A stretch of DNA of 64,000 bases, taken from the NCBI GenBank assembly GCA_951804945.1, contig OX638152.1:44640001-44704000 (forward strand). The letters run 5' to 3'. A model generated the notes under the pieces. It had not been told where the DNA came from. It did no database searches and worked only from the letters and a program-made list of their open reading frames with translations. The DNA is from Podarcis cretensis (taxonomy: Eukaryota). Each line of letters opens with the position of its first letter. Within the stretch, counting starts at the first letter, position 1. The position numbers and the translations under genes were made by a program. Of this stretch, positions 62,249 through 64,000 are shown piece after piece.

Positions 62249-64000
62249 CAATGTGCTCCATGGATAGACAATTCCTGCTCCCAGGGTCTTTCATGTGCCA
62301 TAGCCTGGAGATCGTCCTGATGTTGAACCAGTTGTTTATACCATTGTGACACATTTCACGAGTAACTGAACTGCTGATGAATCAAAGACCTATTTAGGCC
62401 ACCACAGTCTTACAGCACAGAAGGCAGATTTGCCTGTTTGCTAGAGATGAACAAACCTGCCCAACCGGCTGAAGCAATGTATAGTCTGTCACATAACTTT
62501 ATAAGTGTCTCTCCCTGCTGGCCAACAACAATTAATCTACTGGCTCAAGCCTGATCCCATTAAAATCTGTCAAAACAGCAACAAAAACATTGCCTATTGA
62601 CCCCAGTGGGGACAGGATGGAATCTCAGGTTTTATTTCTGATAACAGTGTTTTAGCATGGCAATTTCAATGCTTGTGAAGGAGAAACTTGCCACTAGCAA
62701 GTGGGGCTATTTTCGGCATGGCAGGGAGCTGCTCAACTCTTTTCACTCTCCCGTGAGCATTCTTACTATACAGTGTTTCTTACATGCCAACATTTTCTAA
62801 TGCAGCAACCCTGATGGGATCATAAATGAGAGTTTGAAAATGACACACCTCAGGGGTTAACGAGACGTTACATGCAAATGCATGTAACAAAGCTCCCCTT
62901 GACTTTTCTTATTTAAAAGAAAAGTAGCTTCAGGATAAGAGAATTTAGAGCAGAAAAAAGCCTTTCCCTGCCTGCCTTTTCTGCACTATACATTTTCCCA
63001 CATCAGAGGAAGCAAATATGGATTTGAAGGGCGAAAGTGCTTGCAATCCTTACAGTTCCTACAAGCAACTATATCCAAAGCGTTGCATTGCTGGTAGTGG
63101 GCAGGGTGATCTGAGAACATGGACTGAAAAAGCAGAAGATACCTTTGCAGCAGCCTTTGCCAACCTTAGTGCCCTTCAGATTTTTTGGACAACAATTTTA
63201 TCTGTAAATCACACAATTAAAACAATAGACCAATTTATACAGTGAAAAACTAGAGATTCATTGGTTCAACTTGCTGAGCATGGAGAAGTTGAAACAATCA
63301 ATGTCAACAAGTGGAGCATTTTATAATATAAAACAGCTGCAAATATGAAGAGGCCCAAAGATAGAAACGGCAACTAATCCCTCTTCAAAACTAAAGCAGA
63401 TATGGGAATCTTCAGTTCATCTTTGTCATAAAACACTTTCTTACCTGCTCTCGATTGAGGTTTTGGTGTTCCATTCTATAATAAAGTGGTGCTTTTGTCA
63501 GTTGCTGCATAGGAAAATGAATCTCTCCCCCTTCTTTCTTTTGCATTGACATTGGATGGTTTAATTTCCCACAAACTGCTCTAGACATCTCTATGTATAA
63601 AAGTATAAAGCAAAAATAGGCAGCCTACTATTATTCAGGAATTGTTATAAATTGTCTTAAATGTTGAATTACCCCCAAACCCTTTCTCCAGCACTGCTAA
63701 AATTGAGTGAGATTAATAGTTGCTAGACATGAAGGGTCACTCTTTTTGAAAATCTAAGTCATCTAAGTCATAAACTCAATGTGATGAAGGCAAAGTTTGC
63801 TTTATGGGTGGTATGTCAATCACTTAATTCATTAGGTTCAAACCCCTTAAGCCTATTGTAAATCAGGATTAAAATCTTACAGAGTCTGAGGATGTGTACT
63901 CCCATTTGTAGTAGGAAAAAATGTAGTTTTTCTCAATCTGGAATCGTTAATTCACAACCCTAATAAACTGCTTTCAATCTTGATTGGTTCTAGGCCCTGC

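Overview
Vertebrate genomic DNA, most likely from a lacertid lizard (inferred from seven Sauria-type SINEs with (ACCTTT)n tails, a BovB fragment and L2/CR1/L1 fragments). I recognise no host protein-coding gene, so the window looks intronic or intergenic. Almost all ORF-track entries are by-products of repeats or microsatellites. The one convincing coding stretch is the reverse-transcriptase C-terminus of a young, 5'-truncated L2 LINE (26543-27622, minus). The rest is a dense transposon landscape: hAT and Tc1/mariner-type MITEs with readable TIRs/TSDs, Gypsy-type LTRs (solo, nested, and one small LTR-PBS-PPT element), tRNA- and 5S-derived SINEs, and a young Penelope-like inverted-repeat insertion. 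That Penelope insertion carries an intact minimal type I hammerhead ribozyme core (41219-41256), which is the most notable signal. Several repeat-free islands may be conserved enhancers, and one 99-nt exon candidate exists; neither can be confirmed from sequence alone. Family names come from recalled consensus features, not database searches.
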